Positions 39,161 through 49,421 of a DNA stretch of 64,000 nucleotides are shown here, piece after piece; positions within the stretch are counted from its first letter, which is position 1; every line of letters starts with the position of its first letter. The notes under the pieces are model-generated. The model was not told the origin of the DNA and made no database searches. It saw nothing but the letters and a program-made list of their open reading frames with translations. Origin of the DNA: an uncultured Thermodesulfobacteriota bacterium (GTDB lineage: Bacteria > Desulfobacterota > WTBG01 > CAIYCZ01 > CAIRTM01). Position numbers and translations under genes: made by a program. The stretch lies in the NCBI GenBank assembly GCA_964621615.1, contig CAZUMW010000003.1:131619-195618 (forward strand), read 5' to 3'.

Positions 39161-40561
39161 ATGACAGAAAAAACGATACAAGGATGTGTTATCGCGGGTG
39201 AGCGCAGCGGCGTGGGCAAAACGGTTCTGACGCTGGCTCTTGCCCGGTCGCTCATGAATCGCGGCATGCGGGTCCGGTGCTTCAAGGTGGGGCCTGATTT
39301 CATCGATCCCGGATTTCACACAGCTGTCACCGGCTGTGACTGCATTAACCTGGACGGCTGGATGATGGGCCGGCAGGCCTGCATAGACACGGTTGCGCGC
39401 CATTGTGCTGATACGGACATTGTTCTTGTGGAGGGCGTCATGGGCCTGTATGACGGTTTTGACGGCACAGGCGAGGATGGCTCCACGGCTCAGATTGCAA
39501 AATGGCTGGATCTTCCTGCCGTGCTTGTTATCGACGGCCAGTCTCTTGCGCGCACTGCTGGGGCGATCGCGCTGGGGCTGCAGGCCTTTGATCGTGAGCT
39601 GGCGGTTGCCGGGGTGCTGTTCAACCGGGTGGCAGGGCCGCGGCATTTTGACTACGTGCGTGACGGGGTGCGATGTGGTGGCGCTCTCCCGGTGTTCGGA
39701 TACGTTTCCTCGGATGAGCAGTGGCAGGTTCCTGAGCGGCACCTGGGGCTGGTGACGGCCGGGGAAATTGCGTCGCTTCTCAGCAGGGTTTCAGCGTGGT
39801 GCGGCCGCTTTGAGAAAACCGTATCCGTGGAGGCGATTCTCGACGCATGCGGCGTGATTGCCTGCCCGTCTGCTGCTGCGCCCGGCGGACCTGCAGGCGG
39901 GCGCGTAAAGGCGCGGATCGGCATAGCCCGGGATGCGGCATTCTGTTTTTATTATCCCGACAATCTTGATCTGCTTGAGCGCTTCGGCGCCGAGCTGGTG
40001 TTCTTCAGCCCGCTTGACGAGCAGGATCTGCCGCCGGATCTTGACGGCCTCTACCTGGGTGGCGGGTATCCGGAGCTCCATATGAAGCGGCTTTCCGAAA
40101 ACGAGCCGATGCGCTCCGCTATCAGCAGGTTCTGCGGCTCGGGAAGGCCCGTGTATGCCGAGTGCGGGGGCTTTCTGTATCTGCTTGAGTCGATTCGCGA
40201 CACCCACGGTACCGCCTATCCGCTTGCAGGCGTGTTCCCTGCCCGCGCGGTGATGCAGGACCGCCGGGTGAGGCTCGGCTATGTCGAAGTGCGCACCGGG
40301 CCGGGCTGCCCGTTTGCTGACGAGGGAGCTCTTCTGCGGGGGCATGAATTTCACTATTCAGATATCACGGAGATGCCCGCAAGCGTAGAGCGGTGTTACG
40401 GCATATATAGACGAAAATCCGGCGTCCGGGTGGCTGAAGGCTACTGCAGCGGCGCGGTGCTGGCAAGCTATGTGCATCTGCACTTTGCATCGTGCCCTGA
40501 TTTTGCCCGCAGGTTTGTGGAGCGCTGCGCGCAAGAGGGCCGGTCCGTCCGGAGCGAATAG
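39161..40561 (+). CDS. cbiA: Cobyrinate a,c-diamide synthase
   Basis: N-terminal GCVIAGERSGVGKTVLTLALARSL P-loop and C-terminal GATase domain with the conserved Cys (AECGGFLYL). Confidence 0.85.
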   Translation: MTEKTIQGCVIAGERSGVGKTVLTLALARSLMNRGMRVRCFKVGPDFIDPGFHTAVTGCDCINLDGWMMGRQACIDTVARHCADTDIVLVEGVMGLYDGFDGTGEDGSTAQIAKWLDLPAVLVIDGQSLARTAGAIALGLQAFDRELAVAGVLFNRVAGPRHFDYVRDGVRCGGALPVFGYVSSDEQWQVPERHLGLVTAGEIASLLSRVSAWCGRFEKTVSVEAILDACGVIACPSAAAPGGPAGGRVKARIGIARDAAFCFYYPDNLDLLERFGAELVFFSPLDEQDLPPDLDGLYLGGGYPELHMKRLSENEPMRSAISRFCGSGRPVYAECGGFLYLLESIRDTHGTAYPLAGVFPARAVMQDRRVRLGYVEVRTGPGCPFADEGALLRGHEFHYSDITEMPASVERCYGIYRRKSGVRVAEGYCSGAVLASYVHLHFASCPDFARRFVERCAQEGRSVRSE

Positions 40562-40761
40562 ATAATGAGGAGTTTTTTTGTGTTTTGTGTCCAAACTTTT
40601 ACGGATTTCCGGAATGACGAGGCTGTGTCATTGTTCATAGATAACCCGGTAGCCGCAGGCGTTAGCCTGCGCACCATCGTGCTTGACAAAGGGGTTATGC
40701 TGGTATATCGTATGTCGCTGTTTTAATGGCAGGCAGCGATTGCTGCATATGAGGGAGTGAC

Positions 40762-42096
40762 ATGAAAAAAGTACGCATCGGCATTATCGGCTTCGGCACT
40801 GTGGGAACCGGCACCGTCCGCATATTGCAGAAAAACGCCTCTCACATACAGGAGCGCCTCGGCTGCGGGCTGGAGATCAAAACAATTGCCGATCTGGATA
40901 CGGTGACGGACCGCGGCGCCGATTTGAAAAAAATCGAGCTCACTGCCGATGCAACAGCTGTTACCGACGATCCCGGGATTGATATCGCAGTCGAGCTGAT
41001 CGGCGGCGTTGAGCCTGCCCGTTCGCTTATTCTCCGCGCCGTGCGGAACGGCAAGCCTGTTGTCACCGCAAACAAGGCGCTGCTGTGCGATCACGGGTTT
41101 GAGATTTTCAGCGCTGCGGCGGAGCGCGGGGTCGGGGTCGGCTTTGAGGCAAGCGTGGGCGGCGGCATACCCATAATCCGTGCGGTAAAGGATGCCTTTG
41201 CCTCTGACCGCATTGTCAGCATGTTCGGCATTCTCAACGGCACCGCAAATTATATCCTGAGCCGAATGACCAGCGAGGCGGCGCCGTTCAAAGAGGTTCT
41301 GCGCGATGCGCAGCAGCAGGGCTATGCAGAGGCGGATCCGACATTTGATATCGAGGGCATCGATACGCTGCATAAGCTGTGCGTGCTCATAAGCCTCGCG
41401 GCCCGGCGAAGGATCAGCGCAAAAAAGGTCTATACCGAGGGAATTACCAACATAACGCCGCTTGACATAGAATTTGCCCGCGAGCTTGGCTACCGCATAA
41501 AGCTTCTCGCAATCTGCCGCAGCACAAAGCGCGAAGTCGACGCACGCGTGCATCCCGCGCTGGTCCCGGAAAGCCATATGCTTTCGCGGGTGAACGGCAC
41601 GTACAATGCGGTTTTTCTGCACAACCGGGATGCGGGCCCCACTATGCTCTACGGGCAGGGCGCAGGCATGATGCCTACCGGCAGCGCGGTTGTTGCAGAC
41701 ATCATGGAGTGCGCACGCAGCATCAGGGACGGCGTATCGCCGCAGGAGCCGCTTTATTCCGGCGCGAGAAAAAGGGCCAGGGAAATAACGCTCAAGCCGT
41801 TCAGGGAAGTTGCCACCCGGTATTATGTGCGCTTTACCGCTGCCGACAAGACCGGCGTGCTGTCAAGAATATCCGGCATTCTGGGGCGGTGCGGCATCAG
41901 CATTCACTCGGTTGTGCAGAAGGGCAGGCGGGCGCGCGGCGGGACCGTCTCTATATTTATGCTTACGCATCAGGCCCGGGAAGCCGATATGCAGCGGGCC
42001 ATTAAGCAGATAGACCGGCTTGATTTACTGCGCCAGAAAACTGTGGTGATTCGCATAGAGGACGGCATTCTGAACGACGAAGCGGCCTCCGCCTGA
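40762..42096 (+). CDS. hom: Homoserine dehydrogenase (with C-terminal ACT domain)
   Basis: VRIGIIGFGTVGTGTV Rossmann motif, conserved catalytic core, C-terminal ACT. Confidence 0.85.
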   Translation: MKKVRIGIIGFGTVGTGTVRILQKNASHIQERLGCGLEIKTIADLDTVTDRGADLKKIELTADATAVTDDPGIDIAVELIGGVEPARSLILRAVRNGKPVVTANKALLCDHGFEIFSAAAERGVGVGFEASVGGGIPIIRAVKDAFASDRIVSMFGILNGTANYILSRMTSEAAPFKEVLRDAQQQGYAEADPTFDIEGIDTLHKLCVLISLAARRRISAKKVYTEGITNITPLDIEFARELGYRIKLLAICRSTKREVDARVHPALVPESHMLSRVNGTYNAVFLHNRDAGPTMLYGQGAGMMPTGSAVVADIMECARSIRDGVSPQEPLYSGARKRAREITLKPFREVATRYYVRFTAADKTGVLSRISGILGRCGISIHSVVQKGRRARGGTVSIFMLTHQAREADMQRAIKQIDRLDLLRQKTVVIRIEDGILNDEAASA

Positions 42097-42137
42097 CGGA
42101 TCATCCCGCATCCAGCACTGCTGTCACCCCCGCTGAT

Positions 42138-43085
42138 TCATGCAGGCCCCCGGGCGCGATCCGGCGCTCCCTTTGTGAAAAGCAGGCACACCCACTCGTC
42201 TTCCTGCATGCTGCGATACAGATTCAGCTCCCCTGAAAACGCATCCGCCACCTCAGAGGCTTTTTCTGTGATAATCCCCGACAGAATAAGAAAGCCCGGG
42301 CTCTGAACGCGTGCGGCAAGCGCCTCCTTCATCGCGATAAGCACATGAGGCAGAATATTGGCCGCGACGATTGGAAATGATTCGCTGATTTGCGCCGCGG
42401 GAGCAGTGCTCAGAACAATGCGGCTCCCGACGCCGTTTTTTCGGGCGTTTTCCTGAGCGCTTTTCACCGCCAGCGGGTCATTGTCGACGCCGGCCGCGCT
42501 GGGGATGCCAAGGAGAACGGCAGCTATAGCCAGTATGCCGGAGCCGGTTCCCACGTCAAGCAGGCTTAAGCCCTTTGTCGACCCGAATGCGCCGATGCAG
42601 TGCTCGATCGCCCGTAAGCACAAACGCGTCGTCTGATGGGTGCCGGTGCCGAATGCCATGCCGGGGTCAAGCTCGATAACGATCTCACCTTCCAGAGGCT
42701 CGTAGGGCTGCCACGACGGCTTGACCACCAGGCGGTCTGATATTTTTGTGGGGCTGTAATAGGATTTCCATACCGCGTTCCAGTCTCTGTCGGGAATGAG
42801 GGAGGCTTTTGTTTGGAAATGCTGTGCCGCTTCGGGCGACGAGGCGGCAATCAGGTCGCGGAATGCCGATACCTTTTTGAGCAGCGAAGCCCGGTCGGCG
42901 CTTCCCGGAAAATAGGCCGTTACTTCGCGCAGGCCCGGCGCTCCGGCAGCGCTCTGCTCTGAGGTGCCTCTGCTTCCCAGCTCGATGAGATGCGCGGAGA
43001 GAGCATCTGCATAGTCTGCAGGAAGCGTTACCGTGAGCTCGAGCCAGGACTGTTTGCCGTGTTTTGAAAAGGATGCGCCGGGCAT
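42138..43085 (-). CDS. prmA: Ribosomal protein L11 methyltransferase
   Basis: SWQPYEPLEGEIVIELDPGMAFGTGTHQTT and LDVGTGSGILAIAA motifs. Confidence 0.85.
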   Translation of the reverse strand: MPGASFSKHGKQSWLELTVTLPADYADALSAHLIELGSRGTSEQSAAGAPGLREVTAYFPGSADRASLLKKVSAFRDLIAASSPEAAQHFQTKASLIPDRDWNAVWKSYYSPTKISDRLVVKPSWQPYEPLEGEIVIELDPGMAFGTGTHQTTRLCLRAIEHCIGAFGSTKGLSLLDVGTGSGILAIAAVLLGIPSAAGVDNDPLAVKSAQENARKNGVGSRIVLSTAPAAQISESFPIVAANILPHVLIAMKEALAARVQSPGFLILSGIITEKASEVADAFSGELNLYRSMQEDEWVCLLFTKGAPDRARGPA

Positions 43086-43115
43086 TGGTTTTCCGCGCTC
43101 ATTAATGGATTGCTG

Positions 43116-43958
43116 TCATGAGGAAAGAAGCCAGAGAGCCAGCGCGCCCGCGCCGGCAAGGCAGCAGTACGGCGCAAACAGATAGAAGGCGCCTTTTTTT
43201 ATCACTTTCAGGAGAAATACAAGCGATATGTAGCCGGTCACGATTGCAGCCGCCGTTCCCGCGCACAGGGTCAGCGCCTCGGCGCCGCTCAGGCGTGCAT
43301 CGGAAAGGTTGAGCAGGGTCGCGCCGGTAATGGCGGGCATCGACAGCAGAAAAGAAAACCGGCCGCTTGTTTCCCGCTCAACTCCGAGAAACAGGGCCAC
43401 GGCAATCGTTGCGCCGGAGCGGGAGATGCCCGGTGTTATGGCAAGCCCCTGCGCAAGCCCGATAACGAGGGCGCTGAGAAGCGACATCTGGAGCACCCTG
43501 CGCGTGGTGTTCTGGAAATATTTGGTGAGCCATAAAACAGCGGCCGTTACAAGCAGTGTGAAACCCACCACCTGTATAGAAGCAAACAGCGACTCGAACA
43601 GGTCCTTAAAGAGCAGGCCGAGGCACACGGTGGGAATGGTTCCGGCCAGAATCAGCAGCAGCATCCGCGTATCCTCATCGCTGGTGTACAGCTGTCCGAT
43701 CCGGGTAATATTCCGTGGCTGCGCAAGCCTGCCGCAGGATGCGCAGAGCCTGACAACGTCTGCGCGGAAGACGGCAAACAGCGCAATGAGCGTGCCGAAA
43801 TGAAGGGCCGTGTCAAATACGAGCGCCGGTTCGCGGAGCCCGAACAGGTGCTGAAAAATTACCAGGTGCCCTGAGCTGCTTATGGGCAGAAATTCGGTCA
43901 TTCCCTGAACGGCGCCGAGTATGATGGCCTGCGTGAGCGTCATGGTACCTGTAGGCAA
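43116..43958 (-). CDS. uppP: Undecaprenyl-diphosphatase
   Basis: GAVQGMTEFLPISSSGHL and PGISRSGATI motifs. 8 TM helices. Confidence 0.85.
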   Translation of the reverse strand: MPTGTMTLTQAIILGAVQGMTEFLPISSSGHLVIFQHLFGLREPALVFDTALHFGTLIALFAVFRADVVRLCASCGRLAQPRNITRIGQLYTSDEDTRMLLLILAGTIPTVCLGLLFKDLFESLFASIQVVGFTLLVTAAVLWLTKYFQNTTRRVLQMSLLSALVIGLAQGLAITPGISRSGATIAVALFLGVERETSGRFSFLLSMPAITGATLLNLSDARLSGAEALTLCAGTAAAIVTGYISLVFLLKVIKKGAFYLFAPYCCLAGAGALALWLLSS

Positions 43959-44081
43959 TAACAGATATTGCAGGGTAACGCAAGCGAATTCAGGCAGCAG
44001 GCAGTTGACAAACAGCCTGCTGTCACGTATTATTCAATAATTTTGATGCACGCATACCGTGGTTATGTAAAAGGGCAGGTT

Positions 44082-45293
44082 ATGAAATATATAGTGCTTC
44101 TCGGGGACGGTATGGCGGATTACCCGCTTGAAGAACGTAATGGGAAAACGCCTTTGGAGATAAGCAGCACGCCGGCTATGGACGGGCTGGCCGCACGCGG
44201 CGCGATCGGCATGGCAAAGACGGTTCCGGACGGGATGCCGCCGGGAAGCGACGTGGCGAACCTGTCGGTTATGGGCTATGACCCGAAGCGGTATTATACG
44301 GGCAGGGCACCGATTGAAGCGGCAAGCATCGGCGTGCAGCTTGACGAGCGCGATGTGGCATTTCGCTGCAACCTGGTAACCATCGGGGAGCGCGGCGGCA
44401 GCCGCTATATGCATGACTACAGCGCCGGGCACATATCGACCCCTGAGGCCCGCGAGCTTATCGGAATCCTCAAAGAGCAGCTTGATTCGGAGGAAATCAC
44501 GTTTTATCCCGGCGTGAGCTACCGGCACCTGATGGTCTGGCGCGGCGGCAGCGCCGCAGTCTGCGCCGTGCCGCCGCATGATATATCAGACCGGGACATC
44601 GAGCCGCATATGCCCTCGGGCGAGGGCGCGCCGTTTGTGACGCACATCATGGAGCGGAGCCGCGGCCTGCTGGATGCTGCCGGGGTAAACCGCACACGGA
44701 TGCAGAACGGGCAGAACCCGGCAAATGCTATCTGGCTGTGGGGGCAGGGCACCGCCCTGAGGATCCCGTCGTTTATGGACCTGTACGGCGTCGGCGGCGG
44801 GGTTGTGTCCGCGGTCGATCTCATTAAGGGCCTCGGCATTTCGGCCGGGCTCACCAGCATTGACGTTCCCGGCGCAACCGGCTATCTTGATACCAATTAT
44901 GAGGGGAAGGTGTCCGCTGCGATGCAGGCGCTTGACAGCGGGGATTTTGTCTATGTGCATGTTGAGGCGCCTGATGAAACCTCGCACAAGGGCTGCCTGG
45001 ATGAAAAAATCAAAGCGATCGAGGATTTTGACCGGAAAATCGTTCAGCCGGTGCTTGACGGATGCCGCCGGCGGGGAGAGCCGTTCAGAATTCTGGTGCT
45101 TCCGGATCACCCGACCCCGCTGTCGCTGAAAACGCACACGGCCGATCCGGTGCCCTTTATCATCTATTCATCGGAGAACGAGCAGGCTCCCGGCCCGGCC
45201 CGCTATTGTGAAAAGGATGCGCGCATGAAAGGGCTGTTTGTCGGTGAGGGCTGGCAGCTTATGGGGATATTCATTAAAGGAGAGGGGATCTGA
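44082..45293 (+). CDS. apgM: Cofactor-independent phosphoglycerate mutase, archaeal-type (ApgM family)
   Basis: MKYIVLLGDGMADYP N-terminus characteristic of the ApgM/PhnP-like metalloenzyme family. Start placed at M39 of the long ORF. Confidence 0.7.
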   Translation: MKYIVLLGDGMADYPLEERNGKTPLEISSTPAMDGLAARGAIGMAKTVPDGMPPGSDVANLSVMGYDPKRYYTGRAPIEAASIGVQLDERDVAFRCNLVTIGERGGSRYMHDYSAGHISTPEARELIGILKEQLDSEEITFYPGVSYRHLMVWRGGSAAVCAVPPHDISDRDIEPHMPSGEGAPFVTHIMERSRGLLDAAGVNRTRMQNGQNPANAIWLWGQGTALRIPSFMDLYGVGGGVVSAVDLIKGLGISAGLTSIDVPGATGYLDTNYEGKVSAAMQALDSGDFVYVHVEAPDETSHKGCLDEKIKAIEDFDRKIVQPVLDGCRRRGEPFRILVLPDHPTPLSLKTHTADPVPFIIYSSENEQAPGPARYCEKDARMKGLFVGEGWQLMGIFIKGEGI

Positions 45294-45718
45294 TGGAGCC
45301 GCATGTTACCGAGTACCGCGTTATTTACGGGGACAGCGACCCGTTTGATGTGGTCTATTATGCAAACTATTTTGATTTTTTCGAGCGCGGCCGGACCGAG
45401 CTGTTCCGGGATCTGGGCTATACCTATCGGGATATCTCCGATAAGGGGATTTATCTGCCGGTGTCGGAAACCTATTGCAAATACCACAGCTCGGCCACCT
45501 ATGACGATCTTATTGCAATTGAAACGACCATAGACTGGGTAAAGCGCGTCAGCATCAAATTTGTGTATAATGTATACCGCAAGGAGCCCCGCACCCTGCT
45601 TGCTGAAGGCTACACGGTTCACGCATTTGTTAACGGCCAGGGAAAGATTCAGCGCGCCCCTGCGGAAGTGATCGATGCGGTAAATGATCTTCTGGCGGAA
45701 CAGAACCCGCCGGAATAA
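45293..45718 (+). CDS. Acyl-CoA thioesterase (hotdog fold, YbgC/4HBT family)
   Basis: VIYGDSDPFDVVYYANYFDFFERGRTELF is the canonical 4HBT N-terminus. Confidence 0.7.
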   Translation: MEPHVTEYRVIYGDSDPFDVVYYANYFDFFERGRTELFRDLGYTYRDISDKGIYLPVSETYCKYHSSATYDDLIAIETTIDWVKRVSIKFVYNVYRKEPRTLLAEGYTVHAFVNGQGKIQRAPAEVIDAVNDLLAEQNPPE

Positions 45719-45792
45719 ATAAAATGGTAATATGCCTTGACATGAAAAACCGCTGCTTGTATACTTAATAAGTTATTCACAAATAGACATGA

Positions 45793-45869
<77 letters not shown>

Positions 45870-45874
45870 AAGCA

Positions 45875-45912
45875 AAAAAAGGCACTTAGGAGCGATCCCG
45901 AGTGCCTTTTTT
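45875..45912 (+). terminator. Rho-independent terminator after tRNA-Met
   Basis: GGCACT-(14 nt loop)-AGTGCC followed by TTTTTTG. Confidence 0.6.
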
Positions 45913-45987
45913 GTTGTCTGGAGAGGTCTCAGGGGTGGTTTTTGCCCAAATTTTGCCCAAATTCGATTTAACCATCGCTACTTCCTT

Positions 45988-47457
45988 TTACTTTTCACTG
46001 TCTGCCGGAGAAAATATCCTGTCCAGAGCGTGCAGTTCAGCATTGTTGCTGTTGTTTTCGACATATTTGCTGTAGACATTGATAATCATCTCCGTGTTCC
46101 GGTGACCCATCATATGTGCTATGTACAACGGGTTGACACCGTTACTGAAGGCGGTTGTGGCAAATGAATGCCGTGTCTGCCGCAAGTCACGGTACGCTAC
46201 ACCGGCATCCTCAAGGGCTGTTGCCCATACCCTTTTTCTGAAGTTGTCGATGTCGATTCGCTTACCTTCAGGGGTGCAGAAAAAATATTCACTGCCGAGT
46301 GTGTTATGAATTTTTTTCTGTTGTGTCAGTATTTCAATCATACCTGGCGTCAGTTTTATGGTTCTTCTGCTGAAGGCATTTTTTGTTCTGCCTTCAATGA
46401 TTTTGCCTTGCGCATCACGAGTCATAGCACGCCTGATATGCAGAAGACCTTTCTGCCAGTCAATGTCCCCCGGCTTTATTGCCGTTTGTTCTCCATGCCT
46501 CATGCCGCAGCAAAATGCGAACCTGATATACGGTTTCCAGTGGGTGGGGGTATGATGCACTATTTCCTGCTGCTCCTGTAGTGTGCACGGGTTGATTTTT
46601 TCATACGAGTTATCCTCTTTCAGTTTCTTGAAGCCGAAGAACGGATTGTATACTGCACCCCAGTTGTACTCTATAGCTGCGTCTTTACAGATCAGTTTCA
46701 GCGGAATGAAAATATTATTGATAGTCTTATTACCGATCACCTTGTTTTTGAGTTGCCGGTTACGGGACCAGGCCACGAACCGTTCAAAAACAGTTTTGTT
46801 CAGATGTGCAAATGTATAATTTTCAAAGAATGGTTTAATGTAATTGTTGAGATAGCTTTTGTAATCACGAAGCGTCCTTCCGGTCATACGTCCCGTTGCT
46901 TCAACCGTTTCAATCCACCGTTGCGCATAATCTGCAACGGAAACCTCACCGGGCGGTTTAGGCATTCCCAGAAGCCGTTCTTCTTTCTGCGTAAAATAGT
47001 CCTTCTTTCTGCTTTCAGGAAAAACCTCTGCGAATCTGAACTCACCGGACTTGATGGCAAGGATTATTTTGTCAAGCTGCTGCCTGACGGTCTTCACATT
47101 TTTTTCATTCCACCTGAGCCCGGCACTCTCACGGACCCGCTCGCCCATGTACCGGAAATCGACATATATGGTGCCGTTCATGTTACGTATGGAGCCCTCA
47201 CGGTTTCTGTTCAGGCCCTGCTTTCTGCCTTTACGGTTTGTCCTGGGCAGTCGGATAACCTCGGCAGACATACCACTGTTGTGTGACATATCTATCCTCC
47301 AGTCATCGGCATCCCTCCTTTCTGCTGATTTTCCCTTGTCATAGATTATCATAGCCGACTGCCTGTTCAAACCAAAATTATATGTTGATAGAGCTCTTTG
47401 CCGGGGACTTTTTTGTGCCTTTTTCGGCAGTATCCCTGCACACTTCTGTACCGTCAT
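45988..47457 (-). CDS. int: Tyrosine-type site-specific integrase
   Basis: C-terminal catalytic domain with R...HxxR...Y residues (HSFATTAFSNGVNPLYIAHMMGH...NVYSKY). The start is uncertain: internal Met at 47352 or 47286 would remove the overlap with the excisionase gene. Confidence 0.8.
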   Translation of the reverse strand: MTVQKCAGILPKKAQKSPRQRALSTYNFGLNRQSAMIIYDKGKSAERRDADDWRIDMSHNSGMSAEVIRLPRTNRKGRKQGLNRNREGSIRNMNGTIYVDFRYMGERVRESAGLRWNEKNVKTVRQQLDKIILAIKSGEFRFAEVFPESRKKDYFTQKEERLLGMPKPPGEVSVADYAQRWIETVEATGRMTGRTLRDYKSYLNNYIKPFFENYTFAHLNKTVFERFVAWSRNRQLKNKVIGNKTINNIFIPLKLICKDAAIEYNWGAVYNPFFGFKKLKEDNSYEKINPCTLQEQQEIVHHTPTHWKPYIRFAFCCGMRHGEQTAIKPGDIDWQKGLLHIRRAMTRDAQGKIIEGRTKNAFSRRTIKLTPGMIEILTQQKKIHNTLGSEYFFCTPEGKRIDIDNFRKRVWATALEDAGVAYRDLRQTRHSFATTAFSNGVNPLYIAHMMGHRNTEMIINVYSKYVENNSNNAELHALDRIFSPADSEK

Positions 47458-47629
47458 CCCCCAGCCATTGTTTAATAGCGGACCATTTGAAAAGCAGCTT
47501 TCGCGGGGAGGGCTTCAGGTAATGTATACCGCGTATGAAGGTTCCCCGGCAGATCATATTGTATATGGTTTGGGGTTTGTACTTAATTGTGGCACACAGC
47601 TCTTTGAGTGTCAGATATTGTTCCTGCAT
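47378..47629 (-). CDS. AlpA/excisionase-family HTH DNA-binding protein
   Basis: 83 aa. YLTLKELCATIKYKPQTIYNMICRGTFIRGIHYL resembles the AlpA/Xis HTH_17 family. Confidence 0.55.
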   Translation of the reverse strand: MQEQYLTLKELCATIKYKPQTIYNMICRGTFIRGIHYLKPSPRKLLFKWSAIKQWLGDDGTEVCRDTAEKGTKKSPAKSSINI

Positions 47630-48196
47630 GGGAATATCTCCTGTAAAATATTCCTGTTATGCATGCCGGGTTGACGCGGCAGTATAACGATTATGAAGCG
47701 GGAACTCACCGCCGGTTCAGGTTTTGCCGATGACGCTGCCAATACCGTCACGTCGTTTTATTAACCGTGTCGAATAAATACACGGTTAAATACTGGGTTC
47801 CCCGGCGGCTTCTGTTTTTGTACATTTTCCCGACAGGTCTGCGCGATTCTTTTCTCTTTTGCCGGACATTACTTTCCGTTTGCTCTGTATCGCTTTCATC
47901 CTGTTTCCTGGGGTAGATCCAATAATCAGGATCCTGTTTGTGGCGTTTGTTTCTGTTCTTTGATGCATAGAAGACCTGCATAACACCTCCTTTGTGCTGT
48001 AAGCACGTTATTAATTCACTCTTCTATAAGGTAGAACGATAAAGGTCTGCAAAAATTAATACCCGGCGGCCGTTTTTTTTCAATAGAGCGGACATCTTTT
48101 GTGACGGCCTTTCTCTAATATGTCTGCACATGATGGCGCTTCTTTCAAAAAAAATGACAATCTTTATATACGGGGGCTGCTGGTGGGAAATATACA

Positions 48197-48604
48197 ATGA
48201 CAAAGGAACGCCGGTACCGGTTCCTCAACTTCTGCACAGGCAACAGATGGTACAAACCCATTGCGACTGCAGCAGCACTGTACCGTATGCCCGATGAAAG
48301 GCTCAGCGGACGGCAACGGCTGCGCAAACTGCGGCTGCTGCGGTACCTGCTCAGTATACTGGTAATCGTGAGTGTGATGTGGTCTGTGCTTATGGTTCTT
48401 ATCTACTTACAGGTGCAAAGCGGAATACATATTGAAAATGCACCATATGTCCATACCGGCAAAACGTCGGTAAATTGTTACCGCAGTTTTCACGGCGGGC
48501 TGATCTGTTGCGCCGAAAAACCGATGTTCAAAAGGCAATATCTTAACAGCACCAGAAAACCGGTTGCCGGATATGAGTGCTACAAATACCAGGAAATCGA
48601 TTAG
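48197..48604 (+). CDS. Hypothetical membrane protein
   Basis: 135 aa with one strong TM helix (LLRYLLSILVIVSVMWSVLMVLIYL). Island cargo. Confidence 0.3.
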   Translation: MTKERRYRFLNFCTGNRWYKPIATAAALYRMPDERLSGRQRLRKLRLLRYLLSILVIVSVMWSVLMVLIYLQVQSGIHIENAPYVHTGKTSVNCYRSFHGGLICCAEKPMFKRQYLNSTRKPVAGYECYKYQEID

Positions 48605-48691
48605 CAAAAGACAATGATGATCCTGCCTGCAATGACCCCTCAACAGCATTGAGAGGGGTCATGAAGAAGACTTCTTTCGGAGGTATCTACA

Positions 48692-49066
48692 ATGCAAATG
48701 CTGGAAACCAGACAGACACAGGAACCCGAAAGGGAAAAGCAGAAAGCGACCGCAAAACAGATAAACTATATCAACATGCTGGCAAAACAGCTGGGCTTTC
48801 ATGTAAATGCCGGCGAGTTGAGTAAGCGGACAGCGGCACAAAAAATAGAGCTGTTCAGAAAGATACGGTTGTCCGAGCTTCAACAAAAATCAAAAGAGCA
48901 GGAGGTGCGGATGGCCATGGTGAAAAAGCTTATCTACAAAAAGTGGCTCATGCACAACAAGGAAATCAGCAGGCAGACCGAAAAGGCCTTCATGCAGGAG
49001 GTGTGCTATATCCATCGGTTGTTCAACAAAATCGACAGAGTGGCTGCAGCCAATGAAGCGGCATAG
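48692..49066 (+). CDS. Hypothetical protein
   Basis: 124 aa, charged/helical. Good SD (GGAGGT) upstream. Confidence 0.35.
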   Translation: MQMLETRQTQEPEREKQKATAKQINYINMLAKQLGFHVNAGELSKRTAAQKIELFRKIRLSELQQKSKEQEVRMAMVKKLIYKKWLMHNKEISRQTEKAFMQEVCYIHRLFNKIDRVAAANEAA

Positions 49067-49421
49067 GGCCGCTTTTTTTTCTATATCGTAACATCAATCC
49101 TGACGGCTATTTATGAAAACACGCCTTGCAGCGCTTATAAAGTTGTTTTGTTTTGATTTGGCTTTACGAAACGGCTGATGAACGTCGCAATTAAGCACGA
49201 TTATGTTGAAATGCTCATCTGTAATATTAATGGGGGGTAATTGTAGCAACGTGGAAGAGTTGGACAAACAAAGCAAACGCAATGGCCCTTTTGAAATAAA
49301 CGCAGGAAATATGATAGAAATTTTTGATAGTGAGGGATGTGGAGGTTACAAGAAAACTTGGTTGACCGTTGAGAGCAAGGGCTTTATAGTATGCTTATAA
49401 AATATAGAGAAAGGAACAATA

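Noticed and set aside
45988-47457. 80-nt overlap between the integrase 5' end and the excisionase 3' end
   Set aside because: Probably an artefact of taking the longest ORF. Internal Met codons at 47352 or 47286 give a non-overlapping integrase whose catalytic domain is intact, so this was not treated as a frameshift or pseudogene.
47748-47986. Small minus-strand ORFs (66-77 aa) upstream of the excisionase
   Set aside because: Highly basic low-complexity translations, overlapping each other, no SD. Likely promoter/operator region instead.
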